Positions 17,187-26,134 of a DNA stretch of 64,000 bases are shown piece after piece; the stretch's first letter is position 1; each line of letters starts with the position of its first letter. The translations under genes were made by a program, and so were the position numbers. Source of the DNA: Nitrospirota bacterium (lineage in GTDB: Bacteria > Nitrospirota > UBA9217); contig CAVVOB010000030.1 in NCBI GenBank assembly GCA_963749655.1, positions 128,001 through 192,000 of the forward strand, read 5' to 3'. Under the pieces are notes generated by a model. The model ran no database searches. It was not told the DNA's origin and saw only the letters and a list, made by a program, of their open reading frames with translations.

Positions 17187-20087
17187 TTACAACAATGTCG
17201 GCAGCCAGAGGGAAATATACGTTACCATCTCTCCCCGGTCGTCCAATCCCTTGGCGACCACGAGCCGGAAGGTGATCGGCACATAATAGGAGAGCGTAGT
17301 ATCCAGCCTCAGCTCTCCGCCCACGGCGCGCTTGAAGTCCGAGCTTCGGAACGATCCGTCCCAGGCATTGCCCGCTTCGGCAAAGACGGCGCCGTGGAGA
17401 CGGCGCAGAAAGATCGGCGCAGTGTTGAAGCCCGACTCGAGGTTCCTGATGGGAAACCGGTATTCGAGGCTGGCAAGCGCCGCTTTCATGCCCCGGAAGG
17501 CATTGACGGGATAGCCCCTGAGATAGACGATCTCGTCGTCCACGGGGATAGTGGTGTTGCCGGGATTGTCGCCGCCGAGCTGGAACGCGCGCTGGGGGAT
17601 CACATCACCGTGGGACGTTCCGCCGAATACCCTGGCCTGGAGCACATGGTGCTTCCAGGGAAAGGTAATGTACTCGTGCCAGTCCGCGGTGTACTTGCTT
17701 ACGTCGAAGTCGCTGCCCAGCGACCGGTCGAGCTGCTCGTATCCGAGTTCGATGGTCCTGCCGCCCTCGGGGCTGATCGAAAAAGGGTACTCATGGGCAT
17801 TGTTGAAAAGATAGGTCACGCGGCCTGAAGCAAGGACGCCTTCCACGGGGACCGGTCCGCTGTAGCCGGGCCAGGGACGGAGGCTGGTAAGCGCGGACAC
17901 CTCTTTACGCCGATAGCCGATCGTCAGGACGTGCTGGCTCGGAATCTTGAGCAGGGGAAAGACGAGCGCGGCATCGAGCGTGCGTTCCCGCTGGACATAA
18001 TCGGCGGTCCCGGTCGGATCGGTAAACAGGGAGGCAAAGGTTTTGTCAAGGTCCGACGCCCCGACTTGTATCGTGGGATAGAAACCGTCGTAGGCATAGG
18101 CAAAGGAATACCATGTGCGCTCGGTGGTCGGGCTGTAGAGCCCGCTGAGGACATAGGTATGCCGCTGCACGGCGTCCTGGCCGAAGGTGAGGAAGCCCCA
18201 GAGATCATGGCTCGCCTCGCTGTAGCCGTACCAGGGCAGCCAGAAGCGGGGCGCAAGCGTGGGCAGAGGATTGTAGGGCCGCGTCTTCATTTCATCAACC
18301 GGCTTGTTCACATAAGCCACGGCCGGGTAGGGGTCCGTGAACGGCCCGGCCTGTTTCCACGACGAGCGGTCTGACGGCTGTTGACTGAGGTCATAGCCCC
18401 TGGCGCTGTAGGAGGAGAAGAGGATGGTTTTGCCGTCAGGCGAGACTGCGGGCGTAAAGGCACCGCCCACAACGTTCGTAACGCGGAGCAGCTCTTTAGT
18501 AGAGCGATCAAAAGCATAGAGGTTGAAAACACCGGACCGGTCCGATGCGAAATAGATGGTTGTGCCGTCGGCGCTCCACACCGCTCCGAGGTCCAGGGCC
18601 CGGTCGTGCATCAGCTCCTCTGTTTTCCGTCCCGCGCTGTCGAGGATCCAGATGTCCCTGAACCCGCCGGGCTGCCACACGCCGACGACGATCATGCCGC
18701 CGTCGGGGCTGTAGCGCGGCGTTTCGTACTGGATATCGCTGTCCTCGGTGAGCCATACAACGTCCTGCTCCCGGGCAGGGCCGCGCTGCGGTCTTCGGAG
18801 CTCGAGCGTCGCAAGACGCGTCCCGCCCAGACGGTTCACCACGAACAGAAGCCGTGTCCCGTCAGGCGAGGGAAACGGATCTCGTGCGCGCAGGCCGCGG
18901 GTCACGCGCACCTCCCGGTCCTTCTTCAGGTTGTAAAAGTATATGTCGTTGTACAGGTCCGTGTTCCTGACTATTTCGAGCTTGGTGTAATAGATGCCGC
19001 TCCCGTCGGGGCTCCAGGCAATGCTGTCGCCGGATGATGTCGACGAAGTGGTGTTCTCCACGAGTTTGCGGCTGTGCGTTCCGTCCGCGTCCATGAGGTA
19101 GATTCCCGGGAACTCGTCGGCGTTCGAAACAGCATAGGCTATCCGGCTTCCGTCGGGTGAAAAGGCGGGAGCCACGGTGTAATAGCCCTTGTTCGTCAGC
19201 GCCGTCGATTGCGTCAGGCCCTGCGCGCTTATCTCCTGTTCCTGTTTCCGATACCGCGCCCTGAGGTCAGCCTCCCACTCGAACCAGAGGCCCGCGTACG
19301 AGTTATAGAGAACCTTGTTCGCTGTGGATTCCACGAGAAAGGGCACTGCCCTGCCGCTGTAGACCGTGCTGATCTCGGCGAGTTTGTCCCTGCCGTACCG
19401 GTCGGCGATATAGCGCGAGAAGGACGCGCCGAACAGGTACGGCACCTGTCCCGAGGGCCAGGAGTCGGGAAACACCGACATCTTGTCCAGGGTGGGGAAG
19501 GGCCCTTCGAGGGCCGCCATGCGCAGGACCATGTCCGAGCCCGGCGAACGGCCGCGGCCGCCCGAAGTCTGCTCCGTCTCCTCGTAGACCGCAAGCCCCT
19601 CGATCATCCAGATCGGCTCGAAGAGATTGGGAAAATACAGCCTGCCGAAGACGTACTGGAGATAGTCAGGCAGGTCATGTACCATGTCGAGATGGAGGAT
19701 GTGGGTGTATTCGTGAGTGATCAGGAGCCGCATCCAGTCATCGTAGGCAGTCGTCCCGAACCCCGGCCCGCCCGCAGGAGCGGTGATATAGAGCGTTATA
19801 TGCCGGTAGGGAAAGGGCGTGGTCAGGCCGTTGGAATCGTCCGTGGCATCCACGAGCACGATATGGGTGGGCCCCGTCGGGTCCCATTTGATGCGCGGAA
19901 CGAGCCTGTCATGCACGTCCTCGGCGATCACTGCGGCGCGCTTCGCGAGCTCCTCTTCCCCCTGGTGATAATGAATGAGGAAGTGCGGCGTTTCGAGTGT
20001 GGTCCATGTGAAGGCCGGATCGAATTTGGCTAAAGCGGAAGAAGCGGGGAGCAGCAGAACCAGAACGAGGTAGAGGATCTTCTTCAA
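17187..20087 (-). CDS. Outer-membrane protein: gluzincin-like N-domain + TolB-like propeller + Omp85-like barrel
   Basis: Signal peptide; THEYTH..EGLA; FSPDG/WSPDG repeats; LRGYP and C-terminal beta-strands. Confidence 0.8.
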   Translation of the reverse strand: MKKILYLVLVLLLPASSALAKFDPAFTWTTLETPHFLIHYHQGEEELAKRAAVIAEDVHDRLVPRIKWDPTGPTHIVLVDATDDSNGLTTPFPYRHITLYITAPAGGPGFGTTAYDDWMRLLITHEYTHILHLDMVHDLPDYLQYVFGRLYFPNLFEPIWMIEGLAVYEETEQTSGGRGRSPGSDMVLRMAALEGPFPTLDKMSVFPDSWPSGQVPYLFGASFSRYIADRYGRDKLAEISTVYSGRAVPFLVESTANKVLYNSYAGLWFEWEADLRARYRKQEQEISAQGLTQSTALTNKGYYTVAPAFSPDGSRIAYAVSNADEFPGIYLMDADGTHSRKLVENTTSSTSSGDSIAWSPDGSGIYYTKLEIVRNTDLYNDIYFYNLKKDREVRVTRGLRARDPFPSPDGTRLLFVVNRLGGTRLATLELRRPQRGPAREQDVVWLTEDSDIQYETPRYSPDGGMIVVGVWQPGGFRDIWILDSAGRKTEELMHDRALDLGAVWSADGTTIYFASDRSGVFNLYAFDRSTKELLRVTNVVGGAFTPAVSPDGKTILFSSYSARGYDLSQQPSDRSSWKQAGPFTDPYPAVAYVNKPVDEMKTRPYNPLPTLAPRFWLPWYGYSEASHDLWGFLTFGQDAVQRHTYVLSGLYSPTTERTWYSFAYAYDGFYPTIQVGASDLDKTFASLFTDPTGTADYVQRERTLDAALVFPLLKIPSQHVLTIGYRRKEVSALTSLRPWPGYSGPVPVEGVLASGRVTYLFNNAHEYPFSISPEGGRTIELGYEQLDRSLGSDFDVSKYTADWHEYITFPWKHHVLQARVFGGTSHGDVIPQRAFQLGGDNPGNTTIPVDDEIVYLRGYPVNAFRGMKAALASLEYRFPIRNLESGFNTAPIFLRRLHGAVFAEAGNAWDGSFRSSDFKRAVGGELRLDTTLSYYVPITFRLVVAKGLDDRGEMVTYISLWLPTLL

Positions 20088-20206
20088 GGGAGCCTCCCGG
20101 GGATGAAAAAATCCAAGGCTATCGGGTCACATCATATCAGACGGACCCTTGAAGTCAAGGCAATAGTTGGCCGGGGAAAAGCCCGGCTCAAAAGGCGGGA
20201 GTTTTT

Positions 20207-20297
20207 ACCGCACGACGCGAGGGGCGCAAGGAAAAGCGAACGTGCGGCAGTAAACCGAAAGAAGGTCTTGTTTTCCTCGCGACCTTTGCGCCCTCGC
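20207..20297. repeat. Period-9 palindromic repeat element
   Basis: cgcgagggg cgcaaggaa ... ttcctcgcg acctttgcg ccctcgc. Confidence 0.55.
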
Positions 20298-20343
20298 TTC
20301 ATCTTCCGCTCCGGCTTGTCCGGTCAGAAAGAATTATGAGGGT

Positions 20344-20628
20344 CTACGAGAGATGGGGAGTGCGGGCCGTTATTTTCAACTGGTGATAGAGGTCTTCGAA
20401 TTCTGTCTTTCTCTGCTGCCACGACAGGAGCGATTGGTACGTCGCAAGCCATTGCGTACGGTCCCGGCTGTCGACGGAAGCGGACGAGCCGTTCCCCTTC
20501 ACAACCTCATCCGAGGCAAGGCTGTATTGTTTTTCAAAACGCTCAAGGGTGTTTTTCAGCGAGCGGATGGCGCCGCTGCAGACGCCGACTTCCCGCAAGA
20601 GAGAGATCTCGTATTCATCGGTATGCAT
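20344..20628 (-). CDS. Hypothetical protein
   Basis: 94-aa ORF, LERFEKQYSL.S pattern seen in small antitoxin-like proteins. Confidence 0.6.
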   Translation of the reverse strand: MHTDEYEISLLREVGVCSGAIRSLKNTLERFEKQYSLASDEVVKGNGSSASVDSRDRTQWLATYQSLLSWQQRKTEFEDLYHQLKITARTPHLS

Positions 20629-20677
20629 TCAAAAGGACCTTTCATCGGCAAGAGATTGAACTTCGGAGAACATGTTG

Positions 20678-20709
20678 AAAAAGGGCGGCAGGCTTTAACC
20701 TGCCGCCCT
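20678..20709 (-). terminator. Intrinsic terminator after yeiH-like operon
   Basis: AGGGCGGCAGG-N6-CCTGCCGCCCT followed by TTTT on the minus strand. Confidence 0.75.
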
Positions 20710-20723
20710 GAATGCAGTGTTTT

Positions 20724-20885
20724 CTAATGTCCTGCGGGAAAGAACGTATAGCTCACCCAGACAAGGATGCCGAGCGAGACGATGCCGATCCCGATGCTCC
20801 ACCCGATGAGCTTCTTCTCCACGGGAAGGAGGGGCTCCCATTCCATCTTTTTCAACTCTTCAGCAAGTTTCGGTTGTTCAGCCAT
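20724..20885 (-). CDS. 53-aa single-TM protein downstream of YeiH-like transporter; absent from ORF track
   Basis: AGGAGG RBS; MAEQPKLAEELKKMEWEPLLPVEKKLIGWSIGIGIVSLGILVWVSYTFFPAGH. Confidence 0.75.
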   Translation of the reverse strand: MAEQPKLAEELKKMEWEPLLPVEKKLIGWSIGIGIVSLGILVWVSYTFFPAGH

Positions 20886-20940
20886 GAATATATATTCCTC
20901 CTGACGTATGACTTTTAACTCCTCACTCCTGACTGCTCCA

Positions 20941-22641
20941 TCACCCGGCCAGCGGCGGCTTCACGCCATGGAAGAATATCCATGAGATGATGAGTCCGAT
21001 CCAGATGATGAACCCGAAGAGCGAGATCACGTAAACGGCGGCCAGTCTGCCGATGCCTTCTTCCCAAAGCTTCTTGAAGTTCGACACCAGACCGATCGTG
21101 AAGAACGTCATGACGAAGAAGATGCCCCGGAACACGTTGGCCTCGCCGGTCGCGGCCTTGGCCGCGTTCATCGTGGCCTTCGGCGCCTTGAGCTGTTCGT
21201 TCAGGGGCGCGAGCTGCGCCTTGTCCTTTCCGACCTTGTCTGCCAGCGCAGCCGCGGCGGTTTTGTCGTTCGCGATCTGGGTTTTCAGGGCTGCGATCGC
21301 TTTCTTGTCCTTTTTCTTCAGCGTGGAAAGTTTGCCCTCTTCGTCGGCTATCTGCTTGTTGAGAGCGGTCAGCTGGGAGTCTCCGGCGGTTATCTGTTTT
21401 GTCAGCGGACCGACCTGGCCGCTCATGGCCGTCAGGCTTTTTGACGCGGGCAGGCATACCAGCAGGATGATGAGAAAGGTCACCACGTATCCGATGACAA
21501 ACTTGGGGAACCGCTCCCAGATCTGCCCGGGCCGCACTTTCTCCCCGGGCTTGCACTCAATGACCGAACACCAGATAATTGCCAGGACGAAGGCCCACAC
21601 GCCGATGAAGACGTCGATGAACACCTTCACCACGGCCGCGGTGTTCTTGATCCATTCGGGCTGGTATATGATTCCCTCGGCGGCATTCTTGCCGAGGATC
21701 AACCCTTCGGCCACGGCTCCGGCGGCCACGGCCGCGCCGTCGGTCTTTACCGCGAGGCCCATCCAGGCGCCGGCGACCATCGGCTCTTTATACAGGAATG
21801 TTTCGGCAAAGAACGGAAGGACAATGAGCTCGACCACGGCAAAGATCACGACGAGCGAGGAAACCATGATCGGCACAACGGGCCGGGCCTTGATGGCGCC
21901 GCCTGTCGCGATGGCGGCCGACACGCCGCAGATCGAAATGCCCGAGGCCAGAGGAGCGGCCCATTCCCGGCTGAACTTGAAGTATTTGCGGGCGATGTAG
22001 TAGACGAGCGCCCAGTAGATGAGGTAGGCTTCGACAATGGCGCAGAGGCCGCGGAACATGATCGCGGAGGCCAGTCCGAGTTTCTCCGCGGCCATCATGC
22101 CGAGAGAGCCGCCGAGGATGACGATGGCGGTCTTGATGTACAGCTCCGGCCGGACCGCTTCCTTGATCGCGTTCGCGAAGGACGGCACGAAATTGCCGAA
22201 GATCAAACCCACGGCGAGCGCCACGATGAAGCCCGCTTCCTGGGTGAGTTTGAGCGACCAGGTGATCCCGAACTTTTTCAGGTCTGGAGCCGTGGTTACC
22301 GCGATGTTGGCCCAGCTCCCGATGATCCAGCAGACATAGCTTATCCAGAAAACGACGGTAAAACCGATGATGAAGTTTTTGATGTCGGCCTTGAGCGCCG
22401 CGGCGCCAATGGTCATGACGATGAGCAGAATAACGTAGGTTAAGACAAGAGATCCGAATCCCCCGATCCAGGTTGCCGAGATCGGCTTTAATGCCTTCGA
22501 GATGTCGGTCCAGACTCCGGTGGTCACTCCCCACTTCAGGACGTCCGCGCCGACAAAGGCCCCGAGGGAAACGATGAAGATGAACAATCCGATCCATACT
22601 GCCAACCAGTCTTCGCTGATGCCTTTTGCTTTTTCTTCCAT
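20941..22641 (-). CDS. YeiH/putative sulfate exporter family transporter with coiled-coil insertion
   Basis: EDWLAVW, RPELYIKTAIV, ISICGVSAAIATGGAI, WERFPKFVIG. Confidence 0.88.
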   Translation of the reverse strand: MEEKAKGISEDWLAVWIGLFIFIVSLGAFVGADVLKWGVTTGVWTDISKALKPISATWIGGFGSLVLTYVILLIVMTIGAAALKADIKNFIIGFTVVFWISYVCWIIGSWANIAVTTAPDLKKFGITWSLKLTQEAGFIVALAVGLIFGNFVPSFANAIKEAVRPELYIKTAIVILGGSLGMMAAEKLGLASAIMFRGLCAIVEAYLIYWALVYYIARKYFKFSREWAAPLASGISICGVSAAIATGGAIKARPVVPIMVSSLVVIFAVVELIVLPFFAETFLYKEPMVAGAWMGLAVKTDGAAVAAGAVAEGLILGKNAAEGIIYQPEWIKNTAAVVKVFIDVFIGVWAFVLAIIWCSVIECKPGEKVRPGQIWERFPKFVIGYVVTFLIILLVCLPASKSLTAMSGQVGPLTKQITAGDSQLTALNKQIADEEGKLSTLKKKDKKAIAALKTQIANDKTAAAALADKVGKDKAQLAPLNEQLKAPKATMNAAKAATGEANVFRGIFFVMTFFTIGLVSNFKKLWEEGIGRLAAVYVISLFGFIIWIGLIISWIFFHGVKPPLAG

Positions 22642-23125
22642 GCTGATGAGGTCCCCCTTTCCAACATTTTTCATCACGAAATTTTGCTGCTCCATGCTGA
22701 AAACTTGTCAGGCAAGTGGCGGATCCGCCGTCGTACATCACCTCCTTAAAATATTTTTTTCATCAATTGTTGCACTGTTGCACTATGGCGAAGATTATAA
22801 CATTATTATATTTTCAAATCCAACAGATATTTTATTGCTTAACTGAACAGTGTAATAATAGCGCGCTCTAGCCGGCCGCGTAGAAAATTTGTTGAGATAT
22901 CAATAAATTGCATTTCTTGATTATTATGAATTGACTAATGGAGGGCTCTCGAAAGGAATTACCTGCAAGGAATTGAGGGACGAGCGGTGGTTATCAGGCG
23001 TGCACAGATGAATTCCGGGGAGGAGTTCTTGGCCGAAGGATGCTGATCCCTTTTCCAGAGACTGCGATCGTGCCAACCGAATCCAAGGGGGCATTTAAGG
23101 CGTAAAAAAGTTCTTCGGCTTGCAG

Positions 23126-24715
23126 TCACTTCCGGTAGTGCAGTTCGCATCGGATCGGGAGGCCCCCGGCCAGTCGTTTTGCCTCATCATTTATCCGTTC
23201 CTGTTCCTTTGGCGTGTGAGTGATCCCGCGCAGAACAAGTCCGTCGCCGTCGGGAAGGACGTCGAAAACAGGAATGAAGATGCGCGGGTTCGTTGCGATG
23301 CCTGCCCGGACCCGTGCCGCAGCCGACAGCATCCGCAGGGCCTGCTGCGCGGGCTCGGTGCAGGCCCGCTCCCGGTCCATAAGGGCGGACTTGACTTCAG
23401 ACGCCTCGTTGTCAACGGACTGGCCCGTAACGCGGAAGACCTTGTCGTATTCCGCCGGGTCGTCCCACCTTCCGCCGTAAATCGCGTGAAGAAAGCCGGC
23501 CCGCTCTTTGTCCGTCTTGTCGCACAACCAGCGTGCCGTGTCCCGGTCCACGGACTCCCGCCTGATGATCCGCTCGATGCGAACATCCTGCGGCGCTGTT
23601 ACCCGGATCCGGAAGGCATGAGGCACGCCTTTGAGCGCGAAGTTTCCGCCCCGCCCCACGATCACGACCCCGCCGTGGCAGGCGTGCTCGAGAATGTGCC
23701 ACTGCATCAGCGCAGCGAAACCGCGATAGGACCAGTCGTATTTTTCCCAGACCGTGGGGTAATGCTCATCCAGATTTTCAGCCCATTGCTCCCACTTCGC
23801 GCCGTCCTTCCTGATGTCGGCGAGGAGCGTTTCGCGGTCCACGTAGCGGAAGCCCAGGTCCCGGGCCACTGCCTGGCCGATCTCCCTCCCCCCACTGCCG
23901 AATTCCCTTGAAATCGTAAGAATCGCCTTTCGCCCCTCAGCTGCGCCTGGTTCCGGCACGTTGCCCACGATCGCCTCCTTCCCCCCCTCTTCTTTGACCG
24001 CCAGTCGCATCCAGGCCTTGCCGGAGATAATGACGCCGGCTGCGAAGAGCGCTTCGATCGAATACAAGAGGAGCGGGATCGGCGCGGCCGCGTCGGTTTT
24101 GACAAGGCTCGCGGGAAGCAGCTTGACCGTGAACGGGTCGGTGAGCATCATTTCGCCGCCCACTTTGCCGAGGATAGCTGCGCCGATGTAAATGATGATG
24201 GGGTACTTGTCCATGAGCATGGACAGCAGGTTGCTGGTAAAGACGATGAAGGGGATCGAAAGTCCGAGTCCGAATAGAAGGAGAAAGAGGTTTCCGTGGG
24301 AAGCTCCGCCCACGGCCAGCATGTTGTCGAGGGACATGGTGATGTCTGCGATGACGATGATTTTGATGGCCTGCCAGATGGTCGCGGCTTTGCGTTCCTG
24401 CCCGTCTTCAGGAGCGCCCTCCACAAAGAGCTTGACCGCGATCCAAAGGATCAGGAGACCGCCGACAAGTTTTACATAGCTGATGTTCAGGAGCTGGGCC
24501 ACGAAAAAAGTGATTATGACGCGCAGCAGCACGGCCGCGCCCGCGCCGAAGATGATGCCTTTCTTGCGCTGCTCCTGGGGCAGGGACCGCACGGCCATGG
24601 CAATGACCACGGCATTGTCGCCGGCAAGGATAAGGTCGATGATGACGATGCTGAAGAGCGCGGTCAGAAATTTCAGGTCAAAGCTGATGGTGCCGAAGAA
24701 GCCGAGGTCTATCAT
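23126..24715 (-). CDS. TerC/YjbE membrane protein fused to cytidylate-kinase-like domain and BON-like tail
   Basis: IDLILAGDNAVVIA, ADITMSLDNMLAV; ILTISREFGSGGREIG, VIVGRGG. Confidence 0.85.
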   Translation of the reverse strand: MIDLGFFGTISFDLKFLTALFSIVIIDLILAGDNAVVIAMAVRSLPQEQRKKGIIFGAGAAVLLRVIITFFVAQLLNISYVKLVGGLLILWIAVKLFVEGAPEDGQERKAATIWQAIKIIVIADITMSLDNMLAVGGASHGNLFLLLFGLGLSIPFIVFTSNLLSMLMDKYPIIIYIGAAILGKVGGEMMLTDPFTVKLLPASLVKTDAAAPIPLLLYSIEALFAAGVIISGKAWMRLAVKEEGGKEAIVGNVPEPGAAEGRKAILTISREFGSGGREIGQAVARDLGFRYVDRETLLADIRKDGAKWEQWAENLDEHYPTVWEKYDWSYRGFAALMQWHILEHACHGGVVIVGRGGNFALKGVPHAFRIRVTAPQDVRIERIIRRESVDRDTARWLCDKTDKERAGFLHAIYGGRWDDPAEYDKVFRVTGQSVDNEASEVKSALMDRERACTEPAQQALRMLSAAARVRAGIATNPRIFIPVFDVLPDGDGLVLRGITHTPKEQERINDEAKRLAGGLPIRCELHYRK

Positions 24716-24840
24716 GGAGCGGGGTAACCTCCAGTCAGGTAGTGTGACGGCAACCGTGGTCACGGACGAGCACGCGACTTCTTCTGTCCGGAAAACCCTC
24801 GTTTACAACAGGGCGATTATGAAATGGACACTGCTGCTTG

Positions 24841-25317
24841 TCAAGCGGATTCTCCGCCGCCTCTCCGTTGTGCGAGAAATCCGTCCAGCGTAAGGAGCGA
24901 TCCCCCGGCACGATAGAGGTACAGGCACATCGCGGCGAAGATCAGGTCTCTTATCACAGCCTTGTAGTCCGCCATGTCGGGAAGAGGCAGGAAGTCTGCA
25001 AGCAGACCGAAGCAGCCGCAATCGATCGTGATCCCCCGCGCGATGACCGAGACAATTGCCGCAGTGAATGCCACATTCAGTCCGGCCAGGAGCAAGGCGC
25101 TGGTCCTGAGGAATAGACCGACAAGAACGAGCGTACCGAGGACCGTTTCAAGCCAGGGCAGGCAGAGCGCAAGAAAGGGTTCAATGAATCCGGGCAGCAG
25201 TCTGAACCCGCGCAGGGTGAACAGGAACCGCACCGGATCAAGGATCTTGGCCGCGCCCGATGCCAGGAAAAGCCCTCCGAGGACGATCCGGACCGCGATC
25301 GTGAATGCGCCGCTCAT
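24841..25317 (-). CDS. MauE/DoxX family redox membrane protein
   Basis: RIVLGGLFLASG.AK, LPWLE, RGITIDCGCFG. Confidence 0.88.
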   Translation of the reverse strand: MSGAFTIAVRIVLGGLFLASGAAKILDPVRFLFTLRGFRLLPGFIEPFLALCLPWLETVLGTLVLVGLFLRTSALLLAGLNVAFTAAIVSVIARGITIDCGCFGLLADFLPLPDMADYKAVIRDLIFAAMCLYLYRAGGSLLTLDGFLAQRRGGGESA

Positions 25318-25484
25318 GCGGTTCCCCTCACTGCCGGAGTCGCCGCATCCATTGCCGCGGCGGTCTTTATGCCCAGTCCTTTTTTGAGCAGGATGCGGGC
25401 ATCCGGCGACAGGGCGCAGTAGACGACGGTCAGCAGCAAAGTGATGAGGGCGATGATGAGCGCTTCGCGGATCGTTTTTTTCAT
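25314..25484 (-). CDS. 56-aa membrane-anchored peptide, coupled to DoxX gene; absent from ORF track
   Basis: MKKTIREALIIALITLLLTVVYCALSPDARILLKKG...; ATGA overlap with the DoxX start. Confidence 0.65.
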   Translation of the reverse strand: MKKTIREALIIALITLLLTVVYCALSPDARILLKKGLGIKTAAAMDAATPAVRGTA

Positions 25485-25560
25485 GGATTTGAAGAGCGGC
25501 GCAATCTGATCAAAAGAAATCCCGTGCAGAGCCTGTTGCCCTGCACGGGACCGGATTCCC

Positions 25561-26067
25561 TTATTTGCCTTCGGCAGTGGGATAGCCCTTCTTGATCCAC
25601 TCCGGAAGCCCGCCGCGGAGCCAGTTGATGTTCTTGTAGCCCAGGTCCTGCAGCATCACCGACACCGCCGGCGACCGCCAGCATTTTTCGCCGTTGCAGT
25701 AGTTGATGATCACGTCGTCCTTCTTGAGCCCTGCGGCCTCGGCCAGCGCCGATTTTTCCAGCAGGTCGTCAGAGTTGAGCCGTACCGAGCCGGGGACGTG
25801 CTCTTTTTCGAATTCATCCGCAGGCCGGTTGTCCAGGATCACGATCTTTTTCTTCTGGTCGACCATCGCCTTGAGCTCGTCGGCCGTCGTATTCTTGATG
25901 CCGGCAAGGGAAGCGGGCATTTCCTTTTTGTCCCGCTTCAGGAGCTTGAACTCATCGATCTGTTTGGCCGCCTTTGCCGAATATTTTGCGTCTACGGCAA
26001 AGGCGGGGGAGGCCGCCACACATGCCGCTGTTACGGCAGCAATCAGAACAACTGCGATCTTCTTCAT
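25561..26067 (-). CDS. Periplasmic rhodanese-like sulfurtransferase
   Basis: Signal peptide; LDNRP..F...HVPGS; YCNGEKCWRS; RGGLPEW. Confidence 0.88.
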   Translation of the reverse strand: MKKIAVVLIAAVTAACVAASPAFAVDAKYSAKAAKQIDEFKLLKRDKKEMPASLAGIKNTTADELKAMVDQKKKIVILDNRPADEFEKEHVPGSVRLNSDDLLEKSALAEAAGLKKDDVIINYCNGEKCWRSPAVSVMLQDLGYKNINWLRGGLPEWIKKGYPTAEGK

Positions 26068-26134
26068 CGATATCTCCTTTCAAGTTTTGGGTCTCGCGCC
26101 GGAGGAATCCGGCGGTATGGTTATAGTCGCAACA

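Noticed and set aside
22696-22750. Strong AAGGAGGTGA motif upstream of yeiH as a leader peptide or sRNA
   Set aside because: Too close to the following ATG, and the frame is a shadow ORF; no further support.
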